DNA of 61,515 nucleotides, the filler included, from Sphacelaria rigidula (lineage: Eukaryota): NCBI GenBank assembly GCA_964200075.2. It is 8 parts of 8 records of this genome, joined end to end, with 100 filler letters (N's around TTAATTAATTAA, not from the genome) between each part and the next. Parts side by side here need not be neighbours in the genome. Positions count along the whole stretch, not along the records: positions 53,915 to 61,515 come from CAXNAA020014150.1; 7 more parts are not named here. One strand, written 5' to 3'. Positions 61,387 to 61,515 of this stretch are shown here, one piece after another (position 1 is the first letter of the stretch; each line of letters begins with the position of its first letter). The notes under the pieces were generated by a model. That model saw nothing but the letters and a program-made list of their open reading frames with translations. It made no database searches and was not told the DNA's origin. Position numbers and translations under genes: made by a program.

Positions 61387-61515
61387 ATGTGTGTGCGCCG
61401 CAACGCCCATACCCTTTGAACAGAAGTTATCGCATGCAACAAAGAGGGAAATGGCGGCCCACCCCGACCACAAAGGGCTGTATGGCAAGGTGATGGGGAC
61501 ATTGTTATCATCCAA

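Overview
This is eukaryotic genomic DNA, very probably from a brown alga (Phaeophyceae), inferred from the EsV-1-7 repeat protein, the intron style and the transposon families. It is not one locus. It consists of eight unrelated contigs of 7601-7603 bp (1-7603, 7704-15305, 15406-23007, 23108-30709, 30810-38411, 38512-46113, 46214-53814, 53915-61515) joined by artificial 100-nt spacers (N44-TTAATTAATTAA-N44). Recognisable coding content: five phase-compatible exons of a large Cys-rich GCC2/GCC3 (ephrin-receptor-like) repeat protein; an intronless EsV-1-7-type protein with 14 intact 38-aa C-X4-C-X16-C-X2-H repeats, variable positions and a basic NLS-like tail; and isolated exons of a subtilase, an RGS-domain protein and two unknown genes. 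Mobile content: a decayed Ty1/copia element interrupted by a 98-bp piggyBac-like MITE, an RTE-like LINE remnant, tRNA-derived SINEs, many MITE and foldback families, and minisatellites and microsatellites. The two most interesting signals are (i) the EsV-1-7 array as a possible modular, TALE-like nucleic-acid-binding code and (ii) a LINE/SINE-like retroposon pair with poly(C) tails that appears to insert into C-runs with target-site duplications. All family assignments are by-eye motif recognition; no database search was run.
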